In this document: piece after piece, positions 28,394-37,643 of the stretch
How the letters are laid out: each line of letters begins with the position of its first letter
Position numbering within the stretch: position 1 is the stretch's first letter
Virus record (IMG/VR): IMGVR_UViG_3300037461_001438
Span: 26,477-90,476 of that record
Reading direction: 5' to 3' (one strand)
DNA from: a virus
Lineage: Duplodnaviria; Caudoviricetes
DNA: 64,000 nucleotides
The notes under the pieces: generated by a model
What the model was told of the DNA's origin: nothing
The model's database searches: none
Seen by the model: only the letters and a program-made list of their open reading frames with translations
Translations under genes and position numbers: made by a program

Positions 28394-28745
28394 CGAAGGC
28401 GAAGTCGTCGGCGTATCCACCGAAGAAGACGGAAACGGCCCTTGTGTTGCCGGCATTAAATCATGCCGGCACTCAGACAACTACTTCTGCAAGGCCGAAG
28501 GTGGCGGCATGTACGCCTTTGCGATGCTCAAGTGCCCGCTCGATAAGTGGCGCATCATCGACTACACGCTCGATAAAACGCCCGCCAAAAAACGACCGGA
28601 GGAAGAAGGCGCCTGCAGCCGCTGCGGAGAAAAAATCTTCTGGAGGCTTCCGACAAGCGACCATCTTGTCTGCATGACCTGCTCGCCGCCGGCCGTTGAC
28701 AACTACATCGTCGTCAGAGAGGGGGTCGAAGGAAATGGGGGGTGA
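28365..28745 (+). CDS. Cys-rich hypothetical protein
   Basis: Several Cys, including CSRC...CMTC. Confidence 0.5.
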   Translation: MKRGIKLSINEGEVVGVSTEEDGNGPCVAGIKSCRHSDNYFCKAEGGGMYAFAMLKCPLDKWRIIDYTLDKTPAKKRPEEEGACSRCGEKIFWRLPTSDHLVCMTCSPPAVDNYIVVREGVEGNGG

Positions 28746-28915
28746 GTTCAACCTTGATGATGATGTCTTTTTTAGCTATAAACACAGGACATTATATGGC
28801 ACCATCATCGGGTTTGCAGGCGACCGCTACCGGGTCCGGCTCTTCAACAGCGAGCGGGTTTTCCGGGTAATACCATCGGCGTTAAAACTCTTGACACCAA
28901 ATCTCACTGATAGTA

Positions 28916-29275
28916 ATGCAGCAGAAGGTACTTGAGAAAAATATCGCAAAGCGCATCATCTCCGCCCTGAACAAAATACCGATGACCAGGGTCTGGAAGC
29001 GACGCGCCGGGCCGTTCGAAAAAGGCCGTGCCGACATTACCGGCGCAAGCCGTGGCGTCCGAGTCGAGATCGAAGTAAAACGCCCCGGCGAACAGCCGAC
29101 CGATCTTCAGGCCAAGTGGCTGCGCGAGATGCGCGAGCTCGGCTGCATCAGTGGTGTGGCTTACTCGGAGGAGGACGCGATTGAAATTCTCGAAAGCTTT
29201 TTTCCCGCACAAACGACCGCTTGTCAAAGTTCTTGTTGTCGTGATCGAAGAGACATTGCGGCTTATAAGAACTGA
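28916..29275 (+). CDS. VRR-NUC domain nuclease
   Basis: GRADITG...VEIEVKRPGEQPTDLQ..W PD-(D/E)xK pattern. Confidence 0.85.
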   Translation: MQQKVLEKNIAKRIISALNKIPMTRVWKRRAGPFEKGRADITGASRGVRVEIEVKRPGEQPTDLQAKWLREMRELGCISGVAYSEEDAIEILESFFPAQTTACQSSCCRDRRDIAAYKN

Positions 29276-29897
29276 AGGTGATATTATTCTCGAGAAGGAA
29301 TTCTGCATCACTGGCGAAGGCAAATACCCTAAAAATTTTGTGTTAAATACGCCTACGGAACTGGTGATGCCCAAATGGTACGCAATCAAAACGACCTTGC
29401 CGTTTACCGAATTGGAAGAATAATTCGCTATCACATTACCGTTGCCGACTCCGGCAACACCATCTGCAACTGCAAAAGAATCGAAAACACCGGCAAACTG
29501 ATGACGCTTACTGAAGTCTCCGAAGCGTTTCAAAAAACAAACAAAGGCTGCCTTATCTGTGGAAAAGTTCTCCAAAAGTTCATGGCAAACGCCAAAGCAT
29601 ATAAGGATAACAAGGTTTCACTACGCGAATGTCATGGAATACCAAATAGCCCTTAATAAAGCCGAGGGTATTTTTTTCCAAGAGAAGATAATCGGAGACA
29701 ACTATAAGTGCGGCATCTTCATGAAGCTTGTTGCAGCAATTGACCCATCTCCAAATAATTTTCTATACATCGTCGGCGTCAAATACGAAGAGGCCTCGAC
29801 GCTGACGATGGAGCAAACCATGTTCTGGATAAATGTCTTTAATGAAAAGTTTAAAGGAAAAACTATTTTTGATGTATCTTAATGAAAGGGTATTGAA

Positions 29898-30347
29898 ATG
29901 AGAAAGTTTTTCAATGCGGTTTTCATGCTATCTGTGATTGCCATCTCCGTTGCATCTTTGTATGAGGTGTGGTGGTGGGCTATTTTATTAGCTCAGATCT
30001 CGAGCATCGTTGTCTTACTTGGCATCATCTGCGCATTCAAATTGGCCAAAACAGACACATTCACAAATCTCAAACAAATCACCATAAAGAAAAATATCAT
30101 TCAAGCCTATCTCTGTGGCCAGCATTTCCCCGTATATCTTGACTTCGCATTCTACGCAATCGTTATCGTCTTGTTCTCGATTTCAAGCAATTTCTTTCTT
30201 AGCACGATATGGCTCGCAATGGCATTCTTTGACTTCAAGCTGCGCGAATACGCACATTGTGAAGAAGCCGTTCTTTTCGTTTCCGTCGCAGATCAATATT
30301 ATGCATACATCGAAAAAATCCTTGCCGAGGAGAGTGAAAGAAAATGA
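29898..30347 (+). CDS. Multi-pass membrane protein
   Basis: About four hydrophobic helices; AT-rich. Confidence 0.6.
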   Translation: MRKFFNAVFMLSVIAISVASLYEVWWWAILLAQISSIVVLLGIICAFKLAKTDTFTNLKQITIKKNIIQAYLCGQHFPVYLDFAFYAIVIVLFSISSNFFLSTIWLAMAFFDFKLREYAHCEEAVLFVSVADQYYAYIEKILAEESERK

Positions 30348-30688
30348 TCTGCCCCCATTGCGGAAAACACATCGATCAGGTCAGGAAAAAGGAATATTCC
30401 GGCGGCAAGCAGCAGGAAAAGAAGTTCATCGAGTTCAGCTTCAAGATCAAGCGTGAAACCGCAAAGGCCATCGGCGTCGACTGGCTGGGAGAAGAGACGC
30501 TGTGGCTGCCCAAAAGCCAGTGCCGCCACACCACCGGGGAGGCCATCGGGGAGGATGACTTTGACGAAGGCCAGGTTGTCAGCCTCAACCTAACCGAATG
30601 GATCGCAAAGGAAAAAGGACTAATCGAGGAAAACGGCGAGGCGAAGCCCAAGCCGAAACCTAAAGAAGAGGATGACATCCCCTTCTAA
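30344..30688 (+). CDS. Hypothetical protein ending in an SSB-like acidic tail (EEDDIPF)
   Basis: ETAKAI...WLPKSQ...EWIAKEKGL core plus C-terminal DDIPF. Confidence 0.65.
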   Translation: MICPHCGKHIDQVRKKEYSGGKQQEKKFIEFSFKIKRETAKAIGVDWLGEETLWLPKSQCRHTTGEAIGEDDFDEGQVVSLNLTEWIAKEKGLIEENGEAKPKPKPKEEDDIPF

Positions 30689-30709
30689 AAACCTAAAAGG
30701 AGAAACACC

Positions 30710-31345
30710 ATGGAAGAGCTGGCAGTTGTCAATGTCACCCAGGAGTTCAGCATCGACAAGCAAGACGTCGTCACCGTCGCGATTGCCCGCGGTGAGGCGA
30801 AGATCAAAAACAAAATCCGCATGCTCCAGGCCCAGATCGCCGACCTGAAAAAGTCAAACGAGGCGATTGAGGCCGAATACAAGGCGATCGGCGAAAAGGA
30901 AGTCATGTCCCGGCTTGCCGGCAAGCACAAGGCCGCTGAAAAAGTTGTCGATGCCATTCGAAACGATCTTGGCATCGAAAAGACTTCATGCACCATCGAG
31001 ACGCAAGTCTACACCGTAGCAAATTCCAGCGTGAAGCTTGTTAATTCCGGCACTCTCTTTATCAAAATCAACTCAGACAAAAGCGATGTCGAAAGAATCG
31101 CTTTCGAAGCGACCGCAAAGCAGCGGGAGCTTTCGGAAAAATTTTCCGCCAACGAACAGCAAATTTCCGAACTTACCGCCGAGGCTGTCTCTTGGAAGCG
31201 CAAGCTTTCCGACATGCCTGCTTTCGAGCGCCAGATGCGCGCAGCGATCGTGGAGCAGCAGCTCGAGAAGACCGTCGCCGGTCGTGAAATCCTCGAATCG
31301 CTGGGCAAAAATTTCGAAGAATCGATCAAGATGATCGGCGCATGA
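30710..31345 (+). CDS. Coiled-coil hypothetical protein
   Basis: AGGAG Shine-Dalgarno, 211 aa, heptad-rich. Confidence 0.65.
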   Translation: MEELAVVNVTQEFSIDKQDVVTVAIARGEAKIKNKIRMLQAQIADLKKSNEAIEAEYKAIGEKEVMSRLAGKHKAAEKVVDAIRNDLGIEKTSCTIETQVYTVANSSVKLVNSGTLFIKINSDKSDVERIAFEATAKQRELSEKFSANEQQISELTAEAVSWKRKLSDMPAFERQMRAAIVEQQLEKTVAGREILESLGKNFEESIKMIGA

Positions 31346-32433
31346 TTGCTTTCATTAAAAAAGACTCAGGCGACTGGGTCTTTACAGAAAATCAAAACAG
31401 CATCCTTGAATCCGATCATGTCATGTTTGTCGATGAAGAGGAGATCAACCAGGCAGGCAGAGGCTACGATGGCATGCGTGAGCTGTTCACAAAAAAATAC
31501 AAGCTCTTGAAGCCTGACATAGATGCGTTTGTTTTTGAAAAATACGAGCCGATTTGCTCGATCAACAACGGTGCCGCACCTGGATCGCATCGTGTCGTTA
31601 TCGCAAACGAAAAAAATGTTTCATTTGGAATCTTGAAAGTTATTTGCGATGCAATCGATTCTTACGATCTTCAAACATGGGGCAAGGTTGCTACTTTTTT
31701 TGAAGATGGTGTTACCGAATCGCTCTGCGCTTTCATATCAAACGAACTTTTAGGGCGCGTTGAAGGCAGACTGCCAAGCGATAAACACTCTTACCTTTGT
31801 GCCAGCGGCCTGCTCAAAAGAGGGCCAGTCCCGCATCGCACGCTCAGGGCTATCGCAAAAAAATTCAACGAAAACGGCTATCATTTCCATGTTGAAATAA
31901 CACCCGACGAAAAAGGGCGAAATGCAACCGCATGCGGCGGGATCAGATTCGTCCTTGAGGAAAACAAGGCCGCAGCCGAAAAGCAGCTTGAACAGATCAA
32001 CAAAGCCAAGGCTGCCATTGAAAAAAGAAAAAGGCCGCCTAAAAAACAAAAGGAAGATAGCTATAATTTTAGCAGGGATGACATTTATCAACTTATCAAT
32101 TTTATTCAAAAGGATCTGAAGGATTACTTTTCCGACAAGTTCAAGTTCGATCAATACGATCCAGTACGGTTTTGGCCGCAAGCCGGGCCACTCACCAATT
32201 CATATAAAATGCTTCGCGCCTACATGCTGATGAGCTACCATGACATGACCCACCAGCTCAGACGGAGGCGCAGGCAAGGCGAATGGCAAATGATCATGAA
32301 CCGCTGGCGCAAAACGCCGCAGAAGCGCAAGGAAGCTCTCACGAAAGAGCTTAGCAACGCCACCACCATCATTAGATATTTTGACGAAGAGGCGAAATCC
32401 ACCAAAAAACACTTGACAAAAATTCTTACTTAA
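31342..32433 (+). CDS. Hypothetical protein (363 aa)
   Basis: Long ORF with ATGA-type overlap; no motif recognised. Confidence 0.65.
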   Translation: MIAFIKKDSGDWVFTENQNSILESDHVMFVDEEEINQAGRGYDGMRELFTKKYKLLKPDIDAFVFEKYEPICSINNGAAPGSHRVVIANEKNVSFGILKVICDAIDSYDLQTWGKVATFFEDGVTESLCAFISNELLGRVEGRLPSDKHSYLCASGLLKRGPVPHRTLRAIAKKFNENGYHFHVEITPDEKGRNATACGGIRFVLEENKAAAEKQLEQINKAKAAIEKRKRPPKKQKEDSYNFSRDDIYQLINFIQKDLKDYFSDKFKFDQYDPVRFWPQAGPLTNSYKMLRAYMLMSYHDMTHQLRRRRRQGEWQMIMNRWRKTPQKRKEALTKELSNATTIIRYFDEEAKSTKKHLTKILT

Positions 32434-32624
32434 GGAAAGAATGATTTATGCGCGCCGCCGGAGACACCATCTTTTCCAAACTGAAAAGCAAGACGATCCT
32501 CTCACGCAAGCCGAACCTCAAGATCTGTTCGAACCATCAAAAGGACGAAGGCCCAAGGGTCTATCGGTACTGGGATTCAATGGTGAAAGGCACGGCTTAC
32601 TCCGACGGCAAAGGCTGGTACATC

Positions 32625-32699
32625 AGCGGGGTAGCCAAACGGTAAGGCAGCGGATCGATAATCCGTCATTTGCAGGTTCGATTCCTGCCCTCGCTACCA
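32625..32699 (+). tRNA. tRNA-Ile(GAU), atypical
   Basis: AGCGGGG/CCTCGCT acceptor, GCC-AAACGGTAA-GGC D-arm, GCGGA-TCGATAA-TCCGT anticodon arm, GCAGG-TTCGATT-CCTGC T-arm, A73 and encoded CCA. Confidence 0.85.
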
Positions 32700-32703
32700 A
32701 ATT

Positions 32704-32882
32704 GGGGGATTCATCCAACCGGGAATGAATACCGGCGAAAAGGCACAATCGGAGCAAGGCCGAAAAGCTCCGCAACCTCAGAGAGGCAGGCAAAGTACGC
32801 TTTTGGGCCCAAAAGCGAGAAATGCCAAAAAAGGACCCGACTTTTTTAAGCGGAAATGCGGGTTCAAATCCCGCATCCCCCA
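32704..32882 (+). ncRNA. tRNA-like RNA with the anticodon arm replaced by a ~105-nt structured insertion
   Basis: Perfect GGGGGAT/ATCCCCC acceptor stem, canonical GCGGG-TTCAAAT-CCCGC T-arm, D-arm-like 5' segment, internal hairpins; starts 4 nt after the tRNA-Ile CCA. Confidence 0.7.
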
Positions 32883-32888
32883 ATCTCT

Positions 32889-33182
32889 ATGGACTTAATA
32901 GACGCTCCAAGATGGATCATTGAAAGATTCTCGAAAAACACTATTGCCCCTGGTTTTTATCTCGTTGCTGTTGCATGCATAAAGGAATGCATCATTTATG
33001 GAGCACGATCATTCAACTTCATTAAATGCTACCCCCCGCAAATTTATTTCATTGCGGTGCATGTCAACCACGGCTTGAATTGGTTTTTTCTTTACAACAA
33101 AGACAACCCGAAACAAATAGGCATGTTTTTAGACGAAAGCGATTTCAAAGAAAACTTCATGATTGTGGAGAGACTTCTATGA
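32889..33182 (+). CDS. Hypothetical protein (AT-rich)
   Basis: ORF between the tRNA cluster and the next gene. Confidence 0.45.
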   Translation: MDLIDAPRWIIERFSKNTIAPGFYLVAVACIKECIIYGARSFNFIKCYPPQIYFIAVHVNHGLNWFFLYNKDNPKQIGMFLDESDFKENFMIVERLL

Positions 33183-33532
33183 AAACCTGCTACTACGCGC
33201 ACTCGGTCGCACTCTACGGAACTCCGCAGGAATCCCGCGACATCGAGATGCTCCAAAAAATGTTCTTCGTCTTGAACCCGAGCGAGGCGATCCATCAGGA
33301 GGCCTACAAGACCAGGGGCGGAATGCAATACTTCAAGGAGATCGTGCAGAAGTGCGATCTGCTCGCCTTCCGCGCTCATGTTGACGGTAAGATCGGCGCC
33401 GGAGTTGCTACTGAAATCGAGTGGGCCCTGGCGGCGGATCTTCCGGTTATCGAACTGCCGACGATGATGTTCGCAAGGTTTCTATCTATCGATAGCACAA
33501 AGCAGTACCTGAAGGAGATCGGCCAAAGATGA
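33179..33532 (+). CDS. Nucleoside 2-deoxyribosyltransferase-like / TIR-like Rossmannoid protein
   Basis: YYAHS...NPS...CDLLAF...IGAGVATEIEWA...LPV pattern. Confidence 0.7.
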   Translation: MKTCYYAHSVALYGTPQESRDIEMLQKMFFVLNPSEAIHQEAYKTRGGMQYFKEIVQKCDLLAFRAHVDGKIGAGVATEIEWALAADLPVIELPTMMFARFLSIDSTKQYLKEIGQR

Positions 33533-34204
33533 CTACCGAAGATGCCGGCCTCTCCGTAGCAACACACAATCTGCAGGGATCGTGACGATGGAATTCTTGG
33601 TCTTCCACAGCACATACGGCAGGGCGATCTGGTCGCGGCGGCTCTCGCGCATGACTTCGTCGAACCAGGCCTCGCCGACCGTCACCGACCGCGGGTGGTT
33701 GTGGCGTCTCAAAATGATACCGCCCATCCAAAGGCCGCTCGATTCGGGGCAACCCTCGGAGCGGTACCTTTCAACCTGCCGGCGGATGACTTCCGAGTTG
33801 TCCTTGCCGTTCCGGATGCAGAGGGCCGCCTCATGATAGAGATTCGAATGGACCGCTCCCTTCGGGGCATAGCGAGCGACGTCGTAGGCCTGCTGCGCAT
33901 GAAAATGGCCAGGCTTCACAAGATACCTGTCAACAAGGATTCTCGGGTCCTCGAGGAGCGCCATATCCCCGTCGATCCAAACGCTAAAGTCGTATCCGGG
34001 GAAGTGGCGGTGCGGCATGAGCTTGAAAAAGCGAGACGATCGTGATGGGTCGCCCGCGACAGGAAGCGCCGGGCAATACCGGCCTTGCCACGCGGGGGAG
34101 CTGAACGGCCGGTCGGTGAACATGCAGTAGTCGGCGCCGCCTGGCTGATCGTGGGCGATCGCGTCCTTGCCGCCGAAGATAGCCGAGAAGACGATGATTT
34201 TCAT
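33533..34204 (-). CDS. DUF616 (TOD1/MUCI70-like) putative glycosyltransferase
   Basis: IVFSAIFGGKD, YCMFTD, SRFFKLMPHRHFPGYDFSVWIDGD (DxD), W...RDQIALPYVLW. Confidence 0.8.
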   Translation of the reverse strand: MKIIVFSAIFGGKDAIAHDQPGGADYCMFTDRPFSSPAWQGRYCPALPVAGDPSRSSRFFKLMPHRHFPGYDFSVWIDGDMALLEDPRILVDRYLVKPGHFHAQQAYDVARYAPKGAVHSNLYHEAALCIRNGKDNSEVIRRQVERYRSEGCPESSGLWMGGIILRRHNHPRSVTVGEAWFDEVMRESRRDQIALPYVLWKTKNSIVTIPADCVLLRRGRHLR

Positions 34205-34234
34205 TGCCTAAACTTATCACAAAAGGTGAGAAAA

Positions 34235-34474
34235 ATGAAGCGTTTACTCGATGCCTGCCTTGCCGGGGCAGCCATATTTGCCTTTCTGATATTAATCTTT
34301 TCTGTCTGCTTTTCGGCCTACATGGGATTCTACGTCACAAACAACTACGACCGCGTCAACGACGAAATAATCCGAGTTACCGCCCACATGAAGGCCTGTG
34401 TTGATCGGTTCGACGCCCAGGCCCTGCACTTTAACCGCAAACTTGCCCAGTTTGAAAAGGCATCCAAGAGGTAG
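34235..34474 (+). CDS. Small membrane protein
   Basis: N-terminal TM helix, GGTGAG Shine-Dalgarno. Confidence 0.5.
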   Translation: MKRLLDACLAGAAIFAFLILIFSVCFSAYMGFYVTNNYDRVNDEIIRVTAHMKACVDRFDAQALHFNRKLAQFEKASKR

Positions 34475-34476
34475 CC

Positions 34477-34971
34477 ATGGTCCTTATCAAGTTCAAAAAG
34501 GTTCACCCCAACGCGGTCATCCCGAAGTACCAGACGTTCGGCGCGGCCGGGTTCGACCTGCACGCAGTTGAGTTCACACGGCTTAACTCGGCGCGTGGCG
34601 TAACACTTGTGCGTACCGGGCTTGCCGTCGAGATCCCGAAGGAGATCACCATACGGGATCTGTTTTCGTTCAAGGCAGAGCTCATGCTCCGGCCGCGAAG
34701 CGGACTTTCAACCAAGGGCCTCATGATCGTGAACTCGCCTGGGACGATCGACTCCGACTACAGAGGCGAAATCATGGTCCCGATGCGGCTTCTGCCCGGC
34801 GATGAAAGAACGCAGCCTGCCAAGGACATGCCCTGGACGCATGACATCCATCCTGGCGACCGTATCGCCCAGGGGGTCATCAACATCATCCTGACGCCGT
34901 GGATCATCGAGGCGGAAGAGCTCTCGAGCACGGCCCGAGGCGCCGGCGGTTTCGGAAGCACGGGGGTATGA
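34477..34971 (+). CDS. dut: dUTP diphosphatase (trimeric)
   Basis: AGFDL, RPRSGL, GTIDSDYRGEI, GDRIAQG, RGAGGFGSTG. Confidence 0.96.
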   Translation: MVLIKFKKVHPNAVIPKYQTFGAAGFDLHAVEFTRLNSARGVTLVRTGLAVEIPKEITIRDLFSFKAELMLRPRSGLSTKGLMIVNSPGTIDSDYRGEIMVPMRLLPGDERTQPAKDMPWTHDIHPGDRIAQGVINIILTPWIIEAEELSSTARGAGGFGSTGV

Positions 34972-35173
34972 CATGAAAATCAGCGTTGCCGGCAGCAAGA
35001 CTTATTCGGTGCGGGAGTTCATCCAAATTACCGCCCAAAAAGTCGATATAACCGTCGAGGTGCTTGATGGCTACCCAGTCATTCCTGAAGATCATGACTG
35101 GCCGCACGAAATCGTCAAGGTTATCAAGTTGCTTCGATGTATCCCGTGCGAATCGAGATCGAGGACGAAATAG

Positions 35174-35446
35174 ATGGGCTTCGAATACGTCTGCGTTCAC
35201 CCTGAAAACTGCAAGTGGCGCTCGTACCGGCTGAATACCGACGTCGAACATGACGGAGCGCTGTGTCCCGGCTGCAGCCAGCCCCTTGTGAAACGAATCT
35301 ATGGCTTCAAGGAGGAGCCTGTTGCCGAGGCCGTTCCTCCGATGGCCAAGACTGCAAAAAGGACAAAGAAAAATGAGCTCTCAGAAGTCGACCGCCTCAA
35401 TCTTGCCAGAGAAGAAGCCAATCTACGCGGCGGGGGGTCTTTATAG
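35174..35446 (+). CDS. Zinc-ribbon hypothetical protein
   Basis: YVCVHPENC...CPGC. Confidence 0.5.
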   Translation: MGFEYVCVHPENCKWRSYRLNTDVEHDGALCPGCSQPLVKRIYGFKEEPVAEAVPPMAKTAKRTKKNELSEVDRLNLAREEANLRGGGSL

Positions 35447-35732
35447 GTCCGGCGGTGAGTTGCGGTTCTGTCTCGTGAAACCAAGCGGTAGAAACGCACT
35501 ACCATACATTACCCAAAACAGCATGGTAACGCTTTTCAGCTCGACAAAACATCATGCGCACCTCTACGAACTCGAAGTGGGAGAGCTCTATGTTACCGCA
35601 AAGCTCAGCATGCGGTCTTATGAGGCGGAGGTGTACGGTGTTGAGACATATATGACTCATCAACTGCCGACAGAGGAGGCATGTCTTGTCTGGTCGGCAA
35701 TCAAAAACAACAAATACTGGGAGGTGGATTGA

Positions 35733-36182
35733 ATGGAAGGGCTTCCGATGGAAGAACGCATGCGCCGGTTCGAGGAGTTCCAGCAGGAGATGGCGAAGCT
35801 CCTGCGCGGCAAAGGAGCCGACTACACCGCCGGCAAAAAGGACGAGGACAGCCTCTACAATTTCAGGGCGATCGCCAAATTTCTCGAGGGGGCGCCGATC
35901 ACCCCATATACCGTGGCCATGATCTATATGCTGAAGCATACCTTCAGCCTGATTACCTTCGCCAAGACCGGCGTGCAGGAGTCCGGCGAAGGGATCCGCG
36001 GACGCCACATCGACCAGGCAAACTACACCTTTTTGCTGAACGAGCTTGCGAAAGAACATGCCGCCATCTGCCAACGACAACTATTTCGAGCACGGGTACG
36101 GGCTTGTCACTCAGCATTACCGGAAAAGGAAGGCGATCAGGAGCGCCAAGACGATCGAAAAGTATCTGGTGATATGCATTAA
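35733..36182 (+). CDS. All-alpha NTP-pyrophosphatase-like / DUF1599-like nucleotide-modification-associated protein
   Basis: LRGKGADY....SLYNF...MLKH...RHIDQANY pattern; located near dut. Confidence 0.55.
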   Translation: MEGLPMEERMRRFEEFQQEMAKLLRGKGADYTAGKKDEDSLYNFRAIAKFLEGAPITPYTVAMIYMLKHTFSLITFAKTGVQESGEGIRGRHIDQANYTFLLNELAKEHAAICQRQLFRARVRACHSALPEKEGDQERQDDRKVSGDMH

Positions 36183-36471
36183 CCCTTACCAGGAAACTGT
36201 TTTTGGCTTCACGAACGAGCCGATGCCAAAGCCAACAAAGACCATATCCTTCGGGCTGCTTGGCGTCTATCGTGCCGCAAAGATAAGAATCACCAGCGCC
36301 TGGAAAAGAAAGTACATCAAAAACATCTACGTTGTCTGCGAGAACCCGAGCGGTGAGCCGATCTTCGCAAGCATGATGGACGGCACCGACTTTAACAAAA
36401 GGTTCAGAATTATCCGAGAAATCGAAAAACGCCCCCCAAAAATTTAGGGGGTCAAAAGGTTCGGGGGTCAA

Positions 36472-36774
36472 ATGCCATCCGGAAAAAACTACAAACGCGA
36501 CTACAAGCAGGAGCGCAAGACCGCGAAGAAGCGCGGCGAAACAGGCGTCGGCTCGAAATCGGGAGACGCCAAGCGGCACCGGGCCCGCCGCAAGGTGGCC
36601 AAAACCAAAAGTGTTGCCGGCAAGGACGTTCATCATAAGAAGAGCATCAAATCGGGCGGATCGAACAAGGCCTCAAACCTTGCCGTCGTCTCAAAAAGAA
36701 AGAACCGCTCCGCCGGCGGCAAATCCGGCAACCGCCGCGGCAAAGCTGCCGGCGGCAGAAAAGGCAAACGATGA
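36472..36774 (+). CDS. Basic HNH-like endonuclease
   Basis: KDVHHKK...GGSNKASNLAVVSKRKNRS. Confidence 0.7.
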   Translation: MPSGKNYKRDYKQERKTAKKRGETGVGSKSGDAKRHRARRKVAKTKSVAGKDVHHKKSIKSGGSNKASNLAVVSKRKNRSAGGKSGNRRGKAAGGRKGKR

Positions 36775-37010
36775 CAACCAAGGTAATCCACCTCAAAAAA
36801 GAAACTGAAACCCAGGAGTTCCTGAAAAAACTTTACGACCTGGTCGGCTCCGGAGAGGTAACCGACCTCGTCGTCATGGCCAGATACAAGGACAAAACGT
36901 CCGAATATTCATGGTTCGGCGACGATTCCTCGTTCAAATGCCTTGGCATGGCAACCTATATGGTGAACCGAATCGATGACTACATTACCGAAAACGAAGT
37001 CGAAGTCTAA
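36771..37010 (+). CDS. Hypothetical protein
   Basis: ATGA overlap, 79 aa. Confidence 0.6.
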   Translation: MTTKVIHLKKETETQEFLKKLYDLVGSGEVTDLVVMARYKDKTSEYSWFGDDSSFKCLGMATYMVNRIDDYITENEVEV

Positions 37011-37643
37011 AAAAGGGGGAGCGCAGGTGCAGGGGGTTATTTTTCAATATACCTGCAGCTGCACCGGGGACGACTCAAAGAAATGCGAAACGCACAAGAA
37101 AAGCGTCCATCGTGTTTTTGCAAAATGCAAAATCTGCGGCGAAGAAATCGTTCTGAAGCTTTCCCAATACAACCCCTCGAGCCTGTTTCTTTGCCGCAGG
37201 CACAAGGCGACCCGCGAACGCTACATGAACTTTGTCGCCCAACATCAGCGCCGCGGAACAAAAACCATCGTCCCGAGCTGGGATGAGTATCTCTTAAGAT
37301 ACGAAGAAAGAGACGCAACATGTGGACCACAACGTTAGCTGTTATCGCAGTTTTTGCCTACCTTCTTGTTGGCTTTGCCGCAACAGTTCTTTACCCATGG
37401 CCAATGCCAATCAAATTCAAAATCAAGCTCTGCTTGTTGTGGCTGCCTGCTTTTGTTTCAAACAGGTTTTGGAATTATCTGCATTCATAAATTTTTAAGT
37501 ATGTAACTTTTTGAAACTGTTTTCCGCCAATCCGCCATGGGTGAACCTTGTGGGAATTGCCGCAAACAATTAATAGACACAAGCCTGATCGATGAAAAAA
37601 CGGCAGGTTGCGCAGGGGGCGGAAAAATCAAACCGGAGGAGAC

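Noticed and set aside
32704-32882. tmRNA or intron-containing tRNA as the identity of the first tRNA-like RNA
   Set aside because: At 179 nt, with no G3-U70 pair, no convincing tag ORF, no group I core, and no clean anticodon loop restored by removing the insert, neither fits. It is kept as an unclassified RNA.
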